A stretch of 61,546 nt of DNA from Carcharhinus longimanus (GCA_030264375.1 JASCQW010000162.1:57879171-57940716), one strand, 5' to 3'. Positions 1 to 12,713 are shown, counted from the stretch's first letter. Notes: a model not told the origin generated them from the letters alone. Numbers and translations: made by a program.

Positions 1-68
1 TATTGAATGGCGGGGCAGGCTCGAAGGGCCAGATGGCCTACTCCTGCTCCTATTTCTTATGTTCTTAT
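1..68 (+). mobile_element. CR1/HER1-type LINE 3' end
   Basis: GGGCCAGATGGCCTACTCCTGCTCCTATTTCTTATGTTCTTA tail, repeated almost identically at several other sites in the window. Confidence 0.85.
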
Positions 69-679
69 TATGACAGTATGAAGAAACTTTCAAAAAAAAA
101 ATTCATTGTTGAGATTTTCCAGATACATCAGCACCGTTCGGAAAACCAGGAGGTTCAAGGACCAAACTGAATTACTGCATTTCTGATTTTCATCACGATC
201 TCTCCACACAATCAAATCACTTCCTTCACAACCTGTACACTTTTTTTTTGTTGTGTCGCCAGGCAACAAGGGCAGCTGCAGCTCAAGTCGGCAGGGGACT
301 ATATTTTTATTAGGTTAAGACAGATTCCGCAGAGCTGCTCAACTTCAGCTCCCTTCTGTCAGCATTGTACAATGATCATTTTTACCTCCAGCTCCGAGTT
401 GCGGCAATCTCAGCTCATCAGTCTTCACAGCATTGCAAAGGCAAACTCTCCCTCTGCACACCTACTCTCTGACCTTTCCCGGACCCTGCCGCCCCCCCAC
501 TCCCACCCCTCACCAACCCTCAGCCTATTTGCACGCAGTAACTATAGAGTAAATCACATCAATTACACATGAGAAGGGGGTATCGATGCCTTGGGCAAAA
601 CAATTGTTGAAGTGAGAAAGCACACAAGTATTTCAATTTACTAATTTTAGTTTCCATGGGAGATCAAATCTGCAAAATG

Positions 680-1090
680 AAGGATTTGCATTTATATAGC
701 GCCTTTTAAGACCGCAAGACGTTTTAACAGCTTTTGAAATCTACTCACTGTTGTAAAGTATGAATGATAATGTTGATTTCGTGCACAACAAAATTATCAT
801 CAGGTAACAGGTTTTTGTGATGCTGATTGAGGAATACATATCAGGCAGGAGACCAGGGATCACTCCTCTGCTTTTTCTTCACAATAGTGCCACGAACTCT
901 TTATTTCCACATGCGAGAGAAGACAGAGCCGTGGTTTAACACCTCATCTGAAAGATGCCACCCCTGACAGTGTAGCATTCTCTCCATACTGCAGCACACT
1001 GTCAGCTTTGATTTTTGTGCTCTCTAGTGCTGGAATGGGACTTGAACCTGTAACCATCGGGTGCAGAGGCAAGATGCTACCTAATGAGCC
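680..1090 (-). mobile_element. Deu-domain SINE (SacSINE1-like), near full length
   Basis: Minus strand has a tRNA-like head (GGCTCATTAGGTAGC...GGTTCAAGTCCC), the Deu core (TTTCAGATGAGGTGTTAAACC) and an AAGGCGCTATATAAATGCAA tail. Confidence 0.8.
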
Positions 1091-2919
1091 CTGGTTGATA
1101 CATACTCTCAAGTGGCCAAGAGCAGTAGTGAGGTTGGGTGATCTATCTCTGTACAAAAGTCGTAAAAGCAACCCATGCTTTCAAAAGACACCATCTTCCC
1201 AGAAAGTGCGAGGGTGAGAGAGAAAAGCCAGAAGTCGATCTGCAACATTTTCCATCCAATTAAGGGCATCACATGGGAATGTGGTTTGTGTCACTTCTTC
1301 GCATGTTTACCACCAAATGCAAAGAATCTTTACCAAATACTTTTTGACAAAGACACTGCTACAGATCTCAGTACCCAGCTCAGGATATATCAAGCTGCTG
1401 TCAGAAGGATTTCAAAAGCCAATACTGATCTCCCTTCAAAGGAGAGTTTAATCGTGGAGTGGTGGATATGCTGAAGTATTTCTCTTTACAGCAAATGCAG
1501 AAATGAGTTCAAGGAAACATTGTGCATTCAGGCAGCCCCTTTCATAACCTTAGTCTGTCCCAAAGCACTTTGCAAGATAATGAAGTACATGTGCAGTGTT
1601 GTCACTGTTGCAACATAGAAAATTGTTTTATGGAGTCTGGCCAGTATAAATGATACAGCTCAAAGTTCATTAGAACATACACATGTTCCCCAGGCCCTTT
1701 TTTTGTTAAAAAAAGTTATGCCCTGTTGCTCCAGGCCTCTGTGCTACCCAGAACAGTAAACACTGGGTGATTATCACAGCAAATATATCCACATTTAAAC
1801 AACCTTTCTTCAGGCAGATTGCAACATGGCGACAGTGAAGTGGTCCTCAGCCCTGGGAAGCAGAATGAGGTAATGGCCAACTCGCTGCAAAAGGCAGCCT
1901 AACTTGTTGTTGTTGACACAAAGCACCATTTATTCCCAAGCTGCTTCAGGTATTACAGAATACACTACATCACCTCATCAAGTGGCTACTTGTGAGAAGT
2001 GTCCACAAAATGTGGATAGACAGCCATACATTTTAACAGGAGTACACTGTACAATCGCCATAAAAATAGGTCAGTCAGTCCTGAAGTGACTGCCACTGCT
2101 GTTCAGCACATGCTTTGGCCCCACTCAGCAGAGCACACATTATACCACAGAAATACATGGACAAATAAATTGTATTTATTTATATAATAAAAGACAAGTG
2201 TGCTGAACGTCTTGGTAAACATAACGATGGAAGCTTTTAGAAAATAAATATTTGAAAAGTTGAATGAACAGGAAAATATATAGAACAAGCCAAGCAGAAT
2301 GTGGAATTTTATAAAGGCCCAGTCAGTAGAATCCACTCTGCTGGGTCCAAGTTTTGTGAGGTGAAGACAGTGATGCAGGGCACATACATATGTCCAAGAG
2401 ACAAAGGAAGTACACGGGGAAAAAAAGTCTGGCCACAGCTAATAAACCATGGATTTCAACCCTTGCTGAGAACAGCCACAATTCATTCAGCTTGGAAGGT
2501 GCTTGTAAATTATTATAGCTCTTCCCCGGCCCTGGAAGCATACATGTCGACAGCCTCAGCAGCAAGTAATCTGTCACCAAAGCAAACAGCAAAGCACCCC
2601 GCAACTTTCAGTCACACCGCCAGGTCCTGTACCCAGATGGGGGGCCCAACAGGAATCTGACCTTCAGATGCAAATTCAGTGAAGTTTTTCTCAATCTTTG
2701 TTTTTTGGCTGTCTTGTTCTAATGAGGGTGTCTAAACCACAGCTCATGAGTCATAAGTAATTTGCGAGTGGTGGCAACCCTGTGGCAGAGGCCCAGGCAA
2801 TTCTGTTCAACTTGCACTTAAACTTTTCATTGCTGAATTGGTCCTGCCTGACTGCCTGAAGAGGGCTGCTCTTACCGCTATTAGTTAATTGATAGCTAAA
2901 AGTTTCACTTTAAATCTTT

Positions 2920-3185
2920 GGTACTCCTAGTCAAAAGGTTGAGAGTTCAAGCCACACTCTAAGACATGACATAACCTGGGCCAATACTTAGGTACAGTAC
3001 GAAAGAAATATACTGCATTACTACTGATATTCAACTGGCTACCTGTCTAGGCGGATGTTAAAAATTCTTTGCCATTCTGGGTAGAACGCAGAGGGAACTC
3101 TCTTGGTGTCCTAGGTTTCACTGGATTAACTCGATCATTTTCTCCTTCTAGTTTGTGGGAATCTTGCTGTGTGCCACATATGTGG
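2920..3185 (+). mobile_element. Deu-domain SINE, degenerate
   Basis: B-box-like GAGTTCAAGCC, AGGCGGATGTTAAAA, GGTGTCCT and GTTTGTGGGAATCTTGCTGTG. Confidence 0.6.
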
Positions 3186-5062
3186 TCAACAAGGCCTATC
3201 TGTATACATGAAAGTGGCCCATGAGTCTGGATGATCCTGTGCTGGCCTGATCTCAGCAGTAGTAGAGACATCACTGATTTCCTTAATTATGAATGGCAGT
3301 GGTTCAAATTTAAATGCTCACGTGCTTTCAGTTTAACATTCTGCCAGATTACCCCTTCCCCTTTAAATCCTTTGCCAGCTGCAGAATTGTCAGTAGATGT
3401 TAGTGTGATGCCAAGCCAGAACCAACCTGCTCTGGAGAATATCTTATCCAGTATGGCAGTTGTGTTCTGAAACTTACTGATCCCACTGTATTATGGAAAA
3501 AGCAAATGCACCTGTCCCAAGACATTTATTGCTTACATAACAACACTGCTCTCCATTAAAATGAGTAATTTATTAGTTAAGTGATTTGAGATGTCTTGGC
3601 ACAGTGAGGCACTGTATAAGATGCCAGTATTGCTCTTAATGTGCAATACTCAGAAGTTGTACTTACATTTCTGTGAGCTCCAATCGTGCTCTTGTGGTTC
3701 CCAAAAGCAGAAGTTGCATGAGCCAAATGTAAAACATCATGGACTGGCAAACTGAGAGATTCGGTAAATACAGTTCTCCCCAGCAGTCCCTCTTGGTGAG
3801 TTCTGCATTTGACGAGCAGCCAGCAATCAAGACACAGAAACTGATATAATAAAAAATACCTACGGTCTATCTATTTTGCTTGCTATCACTCTAGAGGTCA
3901 CGTAATGCGACGATAATGGAGTGCACAGCAAATCAATCTCTAGCAATTAATCTAGAACGGATTCAGACATGAGACGAGGAGAAACCCCAGTGATGGAGAG
4001 CTTTGGGAACCAGAAATCCAATGTTCTTCCCAAGCACATGGTACTTAGCACATGTCATGTCTCAAGATCCGCACTTCTGGGAGTGAGTGGCATTAGCATG
4101 GGCCTCACGGGATGTAAAAGCAGCTTTAATTCATCACCTCAAATTGCTCTCTTCTCTACCTCCATCAGTGACAGACCCGCACCCACAACTGTTTCGACAG
4201 CTCAAATTGCTCTCTGCAGACACAGCCGGTGATTAAAGCTGCAGAATCTATCATCCTGGAGAGCTTTTTACCCTCAAAGCTCAAGCCAACATACCAAAGA
4301 AAGAAATCAACAATATTGCACTCCTCTGAAAGGTTGCTCACAGCCATGAAATGGTATTGGAATAAAAATAGGAAATGTGCAAATCACAGCAAATGGTTTA
4401 CTGGGAAAGAAGAACTGGAAAGGAGTTCAAAAACGGTTCCTCTGGTGGGCCTCCGTCTACTTGTCAATTCTGCTTGGAAGGTTTGGGTAGCTGATGAACA
4501 GCACGTCACAATTGAATCCAGCTAACACAACAGATTTTTAATTAACAGGTTGAAATGCCAGGACCTGCTGATCTTAACTGCTCAGTGCAGCTAGGAAGCA
4601 ATGCAGTTTATGGTCTGCGTCACAAAAACATATTCTAATGCTGCAACTTGCTGTAAATATCACATGACTAAGAAAGAGTACAATTAATTCATTATTCCAT
4701 CTGAATGGAAACTACATTTATACAACTTCGGGAAATCGACTATAAATCTCAGCATCACTCTCCCAGTTTTATGACGTCACCAAAATACAGATACTCCAAC
4801 TCCAATCCCCAAGGCAAAGTACCACCTTTGCAACAAGATGTACATGCAATGGCTCCAGGAGTCAACGAAAGAGACTAACTCGGTACAAAAAGTTAGTTCC
4901 TTAATCCTAATTATTACTTGGTTCAAGATTTTTAATGTGGCATCAGACAACTCACTGGACGACAGCAAGATTGCAATCAACATTCTGGTGAGCAGCACGT
5001 TATTCTTAAAATCCTATTGGAGGATCATTTCATTGCTTCACTGGGTTAATCATCACTATCAA

Positions 5063-5378
5063 AGGTGATGCTTTTCTGTTGAGACGTTAAACCGATACTG
5101 CAGTTACCCTCACAGGCGGATATAAAAATAATCTCGTAACATTACTGAAAGATGACCAGTGGAGTTTTCTGCAGGGCCCTGGCCTATGTTTGTTCTTCAG
5201 CTAAAATCACGAACAAAATATATATTAGAGTACTATTTGGTGGAGTTACTGTGCTCGAATTGGCTGCTGTATTTCCTACACGAGAACAACGGCTATTTTT
5301 CAGAAATGTCTCACAAGCTGTAAAACACTTTGGGAGGTTCAACAGTCATGAAAGGCACTGGACAAATACAAGGCTTTT
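5063..5378 (+). mobile_element. Deu-domain SINE, 5'-truncated
   Basis: TGAGACGTTAAACCGA core, AATTGGCTGCTGTATTTCCTACA, CTTTGGGAGG...GAAAGGCACT tail. Confidence 0.75.
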
Positions 5379-6887
5379 GAAATCATCTTCTGGTGTGTGA
5401 AATTTCAATTACATTGGTCCACCAATAAAGTTGGAGGCAATGACAGTTTTAAGCCCCATTGAAATTGTGCAGGGTCTCAGAGGAGGAAGACAAGTGACCA
5501 AGGACAATGTTTGAATCCACTATCCATAAGGTGAAAACAAGTATTACAATGACTACCAATGATACAATAAACACTTGCCTCAAGTTTATTACCACAAAGC
5601 AATGCACAACGTAAAAGAATTTCTTCTGGCAACCCAAGAGGTGTCACACGAGAATGCATTATGTTATTTATGGGACAATGCTTATTAAACTGGGTCTTGT
5701 TAACAAAGCCCTAAACTGCTATTTCAGGTCATTGCACAAATGAATCGAAATGAACTGGGGAAACGTTAAAGGTCCAGTGGCCTTTAGGCCCAGCCACTTG
5801 GCTCACAGTGTTGCGTTAAGATGTCATTTGATCATTGGGTAACACGAAATTGTAATCAGGGCATTGACTTACTGTGACTGAATCTGTCAGCCTCCATGGT
5901 GTTCTGTATTCTACCGATACACTTCACGGATATTAACCAACATTCTGAGATCACACAGTCTAATCTTAGTATTTTCATTAAAAATTGAAAATTAGTGGTC
6001 TCACTCATGATGTATAAAGTGGCTATTATTCATTTAGGGGCACCAGGCTAGGAGGCTAACAATCCCAAATTCAATTCCATGAGTTTCTGGATTTTCTTTT
6101 TTCTGAATCAATTCTTTGGGAATGATATTCCAAAATTCTACTCATTTTTTAAACATGTAAACCAAAATCAGTGGTTTTAGAATCATTGAATCCCTACAGT
6201 TCAGACGAGGCCATTTGGCCCATCAAGTCTGAACCAACTTTTGCTCATGGGTCTTACCACATAACTAGTTTCATAATTGTTCCTCAGACAAATTATGAAA
6301 ATAAAACATTACCATCAATAAAAATCATCTTAAACACTCCAACTGAGCAGAGGAAGAACACATTTTTATTGATATTACACCTTTTGTGGCCTCAGAGATA
6401 TCCCAAAGTTTTTTTATCAATACAGTCAATGAAGTACATCTTTTTTGTAGCCATTGTTGCAAGGTTTGAAATGCAGCAGCTTACTTGAGCAAGGCAAGAT
6501 CGTATAAATAACAAAATATAGTAACCTGAATTTAAGTGGATGGGGGAAAATATTCACCAAGATACTGGTGAGAGCTCCACTTTCCTGAGAACACTAAGGG
6601 ATTGAGGCAGGGGGAGGGTCATTTCATTGAAAATTTAAATTGAAACTGAATACCCCGAAATGCAGAAGTAAAAGCTCAACCTTTATTCTAAATATTGTGC
6701 GCTGATTCACCCCTTCCAAACATGACTATTCTGCAATCCACATCTTGTTCGAACCTTGCTGATGATCCCATTCAAAGGATCATGATTATAGTTATTTTAT
6801 CAGTTACACTGTCTGTCTTTCTGTCATCCCAAGGATTCCCAGGCAAGGACTGCAATTTAACCAATTCATTGTGAAGGGGACAGAGTT

Positions 6888-6980
6888 TGGTGGTGGTGGT
6901 GGTGGGGAGGTGGGTGCGGGGGTGGAGTGTGAAGGGGAGAGGTGGTGTTGGGTGGGTGGAGAGGGTGGTGTTGGAAGGAG
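6888..6980 (+). repeat. G-rich (GGT/GGG) low-complexity tract
   Basis: (GGT)5 followed by several GGG/GGGG runs. Confidence 0.7.
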
Positions 6981-7654
6981 GTGACTGTAAAAAAATTGGT
7001 TTCAGAGTTATTTCTTTCCAATAATCTCTGGCCAATTGCAAGCAGGTCTTTTTTCTCAATGCAAAAAACCTTGATGCAGTTGGTCAGATTTCTGAGCGGG
7101 TCTGCCCATAAACTGATTAGTGGACTGCATTTAAATTATGTTATCACAAACTTACTGCATGTAATCTATTTTCCAACTGGCAATCTCAAAAGATAAATCT
7201 AGTTACTTGGGGACTCCGTTGCTTTTAAATAAAACATCCATTTAACCAGCTAAATCCTGAAGGTAATGGACCAATATTTGCCAGCCATTAGCAAACTTGC
7301 AGTCGTGGGTCTGTGCGCCATTCAAGGTTACTGGCTTTTAGTCTTTAAATTGATATTCCCCAGTCAACAGTCAACTGCCACATTATAAAAGGCACTCCTA
7401 ATAGTTTTCCTTAACATATCAATACTCATTCCAAAGCCATGGATATTCCAGTCATTGTAGTCCAAAGGAACTCAATGTGAGAGGATCTCAAGCTATGAGA
7501 CAGGGGAGGGGACAGTGAGTTGTACAATTTTAACCCAACACATCCATGGGCAAGATAATGAGACTTGGTACAATAATGGATTTGCACTTTATTTGTGCTG
7601 GATTATACACTCCACTGAAGTGGATGGATGGCAAATTGAGCAGCACGTAACACT

Positions 7655-7850
7655 TTTAAGTTTATTTATTCATGTTATAAGTAGGCTTACATTAACGCTG
7701 CAATGAAGTTACTGTGAAAATCCCCTAGTCACCACACTCTGGCGCATGCTTGGGTACATAGGGATAGAATTTAGCATGGCCAATGCACCTGACTAGAATG
7801 TTTTTCAGACTGTGAGAGGAAACCGGAGCACCTGGAGGAAACTCACTGAT
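7655..7850 (-). mobile_element. V-domain SINE fragment (non-HER1 tail)
   Basis: V-domain GGAAACCGGAGCACCTGGAGGAAAC and tail AAGTTTATTTATT...GTAGGCTTACATTAAC...AAATCCCCTAGTC, homologous to 12714-12990. Confidence 0.8.
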
Positions 7851-8574
7851 GTTGCACATGATCACATGAGTTCCTTGCTTGGTGAGTTAGGTTAAAATTT
7901 CTGTTTTGATGCCAGAAAAAGCGTTATAAATATCATTTAGAACTCTAGAAACCATCAGACTTCGCAGGCCTCACAAGATTTATTTCTATTTATAACTCTC
8001 TTCACTGCATTTGGAAATACCATTTGCTCTGCTCTGTAGTCCTCCCTCTGTTCTCTCCAGAGCAACATGACACAAGCAACCATTCTATTTTTGCTTGATC
8101 CCTGTTGCTTTGGATAAAGGCCAGCTGCCAGGTTCCCCCCTCCTTAGGCCAGGTCCTACGCTCAATCCACCATCTGTAATCTTGTTTCCATCTGTTGCAG
8201 GCCTTCAAACCTCTCAGCTGCACTCCCATTGTTGCCATCTCCATGTGACCTCTTGCCCTGGCTTGACTTCAGCCAAAGCTGGACCCCACTCTCACTGAAG
8301 CTGCATGCACTGATAGTTGTATCAGTGGAAGGCAAGTACATACAGGGTGGAGGGCAATATTGGATGATTACCTGAGAATATATAAAAAGACACTTGCTGA
8401 CGCAGGAATAGAGTGGAATCAGCAGCTATATAACTGAAAAGTTGCACTCTGTGATTAAATCTATTCTAAGTAAAGACTAGCTCTTCTTTCTTCAACAACC
8501 GGCTATTGGAAATATTACAATCCTTGTGGGCTTCTTTTCAAATAAAATGGTTTGGCACATCCAGTTCACTTGAA

Positions 8575-8945
8575 CAAAGACAACTTGCATTATGCTGTGC
8601 TTTTAACCTAGGAAATTGCCCCGACCTGCGCTGCAGGGTGACGTCAAGAAAAACTGACAGCAAACCACTTAAGACATTTGGGTGAGTGATCAAAAGTTTA
8701 GTCAAAAAGCCCATTTGAAAGTATATCTTCAAGGACGAGGGAGAGAGAGGTGGCGAGATGTTTGGAGGCAATTCCAGTGTCTACGGCCTAGGCCTGAACA
8801 GAGTAGTGATGAAAACTTGGGATGTTCAAGCCAAAATTAGACGAGCAAAGGGATCTTGGGGTGTCATTGCATTGGAGAAGGTTAACAAGGTTGGGAGGGA
8901 GATAACATCTGAAAATCAGCATGAGGATTTTCAAATGGAGGTCTT
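8575..8945 (-). mobile_element. L2 LINE 3' fragment
   Basis: GAGAGAGGTGGCGAGATGTTTGGAGGCAATTCCAG...GGCCTAG pattern, shared with 33480-33870. Confidence 0.55.
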
Positions 8946-10075
8946 GCCACGTAAACGTGTAACGTCATTTCCACTTGCCTCTACTCCACGAGCCCCATGT
9001 CTCCCTTTTACATTAAGAAAGAGTCACAACAATAAAACATGACTCTAATACATTTGACAAATGACTTTGTCTAAAAAAGTGAGCTCCTGTAAGCTTTTGC
9101 TAGTGAGCATGTTGTCCTTTGAATGGAATAAATCCAGGAGAGATTAGAAAAGTCCCTGGTTCTGTCTTGTCTCTGTCTGAGATTGGCTAATCTCAACTGA
9201 GGTGGCAGTAAGGAGAAGACAGCGTCTTTAGCTGTAAAAGATGTGAGACTGGTAGGTTTGCAGCTGGCTGGGGAAAGGGGGAGGAGGAGGGCCAGAGCTT
9301 CTTCCGTCTGGGAAGAAGCTGTTTATAACTCTTCCTATGGCGGAGAATGTCACAGTTCGTTTTTGAATAACAGGAAATACACAAACTGCAACAAAAATTA
9401 TCACTGATTTCTAATGAGGCAGAGAGAATGAAACACATAGCCACTGGCGGAACTTGAAAACAAATCTAAAGCACTACAGAAGATGCAACGTGAGGACCAT
9501 GCTTTCATGAAATACACTGAGAAATTCTGATATAGAAATTGGCTGAAATGCAGGAATATGTAAAGCCCATTGTCACAAGCTGGTGGTACATAGACACATG
9601 TGAATTAAGGACATCAGCATACGATTTGTCTTTCTTCTGCTTGGGAGTATCTTAAACCATGACAAAAGGAGGAATGGGTTGAGGATAAGTGGAACGAACA
9701 GATAATTCAGACACAGACAAGTGGGGTTTATTATTACTGCTCGACATTGTAGAAGCAAAGCTTTTGATTGCCCTGGGGGCTCTCGGTGAGTTGGAACCCA
9801 CCCGTCCACACTGCATAATGTATTCCTAGGCGCACTTGAGTGTTAAAGCAGACTTGCTGGCAACTGACCTTCCTCAATACCTTGGAATTCTCTTTAACAG
9901 GTCGGCCATGCCTGTACAGGAGGTTAGTGGAGCTTTTGGGGGACGCAGGAGGGCCAAGTTGTGTAGTGGTGGTTAAAGGACTGAACATTTATAAGTCAAT
10001 AACCTAAATATGCTTTGTGTTACAGATGGCAGCGATTAATGCTTCCAGTTAATGTGCTGCATTTCTGTGCAACTA

Positions 10076-10120
10076 GGGTGGGGTGGGGTGGGGTGGGGTG
10101 GGGTGGGGTGAGGGCGTGGG
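10076..10120 (+). repeat. (GGGGT)n pentanucleotide repeat, G-quadruplex-capable
   Basis: About 7 tandem GGGGT units. Confidence 0.9.
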
Positions 10121-11234
10121 TAAATCATCCTCTTGAGATAGGTCTCTGGAACGACAAAGGCAGTGGCTCTGCCTTAACCACTGTTATCAGCATCGCTGCT
10201 GATGTGGTGACAGGCACAGGCAGCTCACTAACAGGACAAGAAGGATACATTAAGGAGACATTGTTTCCCCCAATGTAACGTCTTCGACGTACTTGTCCCT
10301 TTGGTAAGATGCATCACTGGCACGTCCAAGACAGAGAATCAGCAAAACGGCAGCAACACCTTCCTCAGTGGGGCATCTGTGTTATTGCTATGGGCGCAAA
10401 TTTTGCACACAAACGACCTGGCAACACAAGCATTGATGCGGCAGCATTCACCCTCAGTCATTAAACTGTTAAAACTGGTTCGCGAGACAGCCAACAAGGA
10501 GACAATGCCACACTCCCATTACATTTCCATATTAAATAGACACCTAGTGAAGAAATTATCCAATCATATTGTCTTGTAAAGATACTTTCTAAAATAAAAC
10601 TGTTAGTGCCAGCAGAATAGGGAGACACTTTTACAAATCCTTTCAGCGAAGGGCAGGGATCTCTGGTTTTAGATCTGGGAATTGTGATCAACAACTAGCA
10701 CATTTTCCGAGCTGAACTAGAGATCTGACATGTGCCAGCAACAGCTGGAGCACTAGCTGGGGACAAATGTCATATCATTTCCCCCCAATTTCAATTGGCC
10801 CTGAACCTTGAGGGTCGCTTCAATTCTGCACAAATGTATTTAGAGCAAGGGGGAAATGTTTGGCTTTAATGTGGAGGCCTGTGTCTCCCTTACACCCCAA
10901 GACTGGAGTGGAATCAAACTTAAATCTACACATGCACACAATAGGGGGAGAGTCAGACGGTGAATGGACCTCCTCAAAAGTTTGAAGGGAAGCATTCTGG
11001 AGTAAGAAAGGAACTGGAGAGAGAATTCATTCATAGATAAATGTAAAAATCTCAATGCACTTTAAACAAGTGCACTTTATGTGTGTAAATATATGTGTGT
11101 ATAGATATGTGTACTCATGTGTTGTGTATACTTTTCACTGTATACTAATCCATGTGATAATAATAAATCAAATTATATATGTGTCCTGTTGTGTTTGTGG
11201 ACCCCTCCCCACCCCATGTGTGTTCCTGGCTCAC

Positions 11235-11881
11235 CTGGAAGTTCTGCTCTTGTTCTCCCTCTTGTTGAGCACTCCGGGCACGCAGTTGGTGAGCTCGGTC
11301 CAGTCGGCGTGTAAGCCGCAGNNNNNNNNNNNNNNNNNNNNNNNNNNNNNNNNNNNNNNNNNNNNNNNNNNNNNNNNNNNNNNNNNNNNNNNNNNNNNNN
11401 NNNNNNNNNNNNNNNNNNNNNCGGTCCAGTCGGCGTGTAAGCCGCAGCTCCAGCCGGTGGAGAAGCGGGAGAAGAGCCAGGTCTCCCGGCGGTTGGGCCG
11501 GTAGCAAGTGCACTTCTTCTGGCCGGGCTTGCAGTCGCAGGGCAGCTCCAGCTTGACGTTCTGCACCAGGTGGCGGCCGAAGGTGGTGCCCCCGGTCTTC
11601 TGGATGTGCAGGAAGACGATCACGTCTTCGCCCTTGATGTCAAAATCCACCGTCCTCTCCAGGTCCAGCACCGGGAAGTAGTATTTCTTCACGTAGTGGG
11701 GGTCGGGGGTAGGGAAGATGTCCACCGCCTCCTCCTGTTGGAAACCTCGGGGTCCCGCGATCCTGCAGTTGGTCCCTGGACAGACGTACTGGAAAATGAT
11801 GATCATGAAAATTGCGGAGCCAGCAATAATCAGGATGAATTTGTTGGTCCTTTCAACCATGTTCCTTCCCGTGAGTTTCAT
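11235..11881 (-). CDS. HS6ST1: Heparan-sulfate 6-O-sulfotransferase 1, first coding exon (type II TM anchor plus 5'-PAPS-binding loop); gene continues beyond the window start
   Basis: Translation MKLTGRNMVERTNKFILIIAGSAIFMIIIFQYVCPG...FPTPDPHYVKKYYFP...DVIVFLHIQKTGGTTFGRHLV...CDCKPGQKKCTCYRPNRRETWLFSRFSTGWSCGLHADWTELTNCVPGVL matches vertebrate HS6ST1 exon 1; the MVER..KF and PTPDPHY motifs favour HS6ST1 over HS6ST2/3. It ends at a phase-2 donor AG|GTGAG (GT at 11234-11233). Alternative start at 11860 has better Kozak context (AACATGG). Contains a spurious 100-N gap. Confidence 0.96.
11296..11447. other. Assembly artefact: 100-N gap with a 26-bp sequence duplicated on both sides
   Basis: CGGTCCAGTCGGCGTGTAAGCCGCAG at 11296-11321 and 11422-11447. 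Removing 126 bp gives a contiguous WSCGLHADWTELTNC. Confidence 0.92.
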
Positions 11882-11891
11882 GGGTTACCAT
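11853..11891 (-). promoter_or_regulatory. Overlapping out-of-frame uORF (MVTHETHGKEHG*)
   Basis: Minus strand reads gagATGGTAACCCATGAAACTCACGGGAAGGAACATGGTTGA, spanning the ATGs at 11881 and 11860. Translation is not demonstrated. Confidence 0.6.
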
Positions 11892-12713
11892 CTCACTCAG
11901 GAGATGCACAGAGGGCTTTGGAACAAATGCTGCTTCTTCTTTTCTTTCCCCCCCCCACCCCCCTCCCGAGCAGATGTGCTTTGCCCCCCCTCCTCTCCTC
12001 TCCTCTCCACCCCCCACCTCCTCTCGTTTATTTTTTCCTCTTTCTCTTAGGCGGAGGGGCGTACAGGAGAAAGAGACTTAAGCAGCCCTCCGCCGGCGTG
12101 GCCAGGGCTGTGATGCGTTGGTTACAACGTAGCTGTAAGTACCCCNNNNNNNNNNAACGGGCGGGGGGGGGGGGTGGGAGAAGGAGAAAGGAGGAGGAGG
12201 AGGGGGGGGGAGGAGGTTTCGCCTGCGCTGGAGCTGCGGGCGAGCCGGCTCAGTGACAGCACGCACACACTGTGGCCAGACAGGCAGCATCCATCCTCAC
12301 CCCCCTCAACACACAGGGGGAGAGAGAGAGAGAGGCTGAAAGCCCACTATACCAGCACCATCACCATCCTCTCTGTGTCTGCAATCTGAGCCCAGCATGC
12401 ACAGCGATCACACACACACATTCACATATACAGCTCCAACCTGATAGGGAAAGAGGAACAAGAGAGCTGGGGGGGTGGAAGCGATAGGCAGGGACCAAAC
12501 ACTTAGGTTGCCGGGCTCGACCGCACACTAGCTTTCCCAGCAGCAGCCCCAGTCGCTGGTCGTCTTTCAGATCTGTCTCCAAACCCCTCTCCGCCAGAGG
12601 CTGCTGAGGTTTTATTTTCTCTCTCATGTTGCAAACCCTTTGTATTGCCTGTTATTTCCAGCACACACCCTGCGGTATATTTTTTTTTCCCAGTGTTTTT
12701 CATTTACTGCCAG

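Larger units (their letters stand above)
1..11234 (-). other. HS6ST1: HS6ST1 intron 1 (partial)
   Basis: Follows the GTGAG donor. The expected exon 2 peptide (FYYITLLRDPVSRYLSEW-type) is not seen in the window. Confidence 0.85.
11230..12330. promoter_or_regulatory. CpG island / GC-rich promoter and 5'UTR of HS6ST1
   Basis: Sharp rise in GC and CpG over exon 1 and the upstream region; GGGCGG box near 12159, G-runs and (GGA)n around 12160-12215. Flanks are CpG-depleted. Confidence 0.8.

Noticed and set aside
11231-11233. TGA apparently terminating HS6ST1 at 216 aa (truncated gene or pseudogene)
   Set aside because: The TGA is part of the GTGAG splice donor, and the length is inflated by the false gap.
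12027-12050. Strong-looking plus-strand splice acceptor (polypyrimidine + TAG)
   Set aside because: Explained as the complement of the GA-rich HS6ST1 5'UTR; no supporting antisense exon.
11570-12256. 228-aa plus-strand ORF antisense to HS6ST1
   Set aside because: Shadow ORF of GC-rich coding sequence and low-complexity promoter DNA; no recognisable domain.
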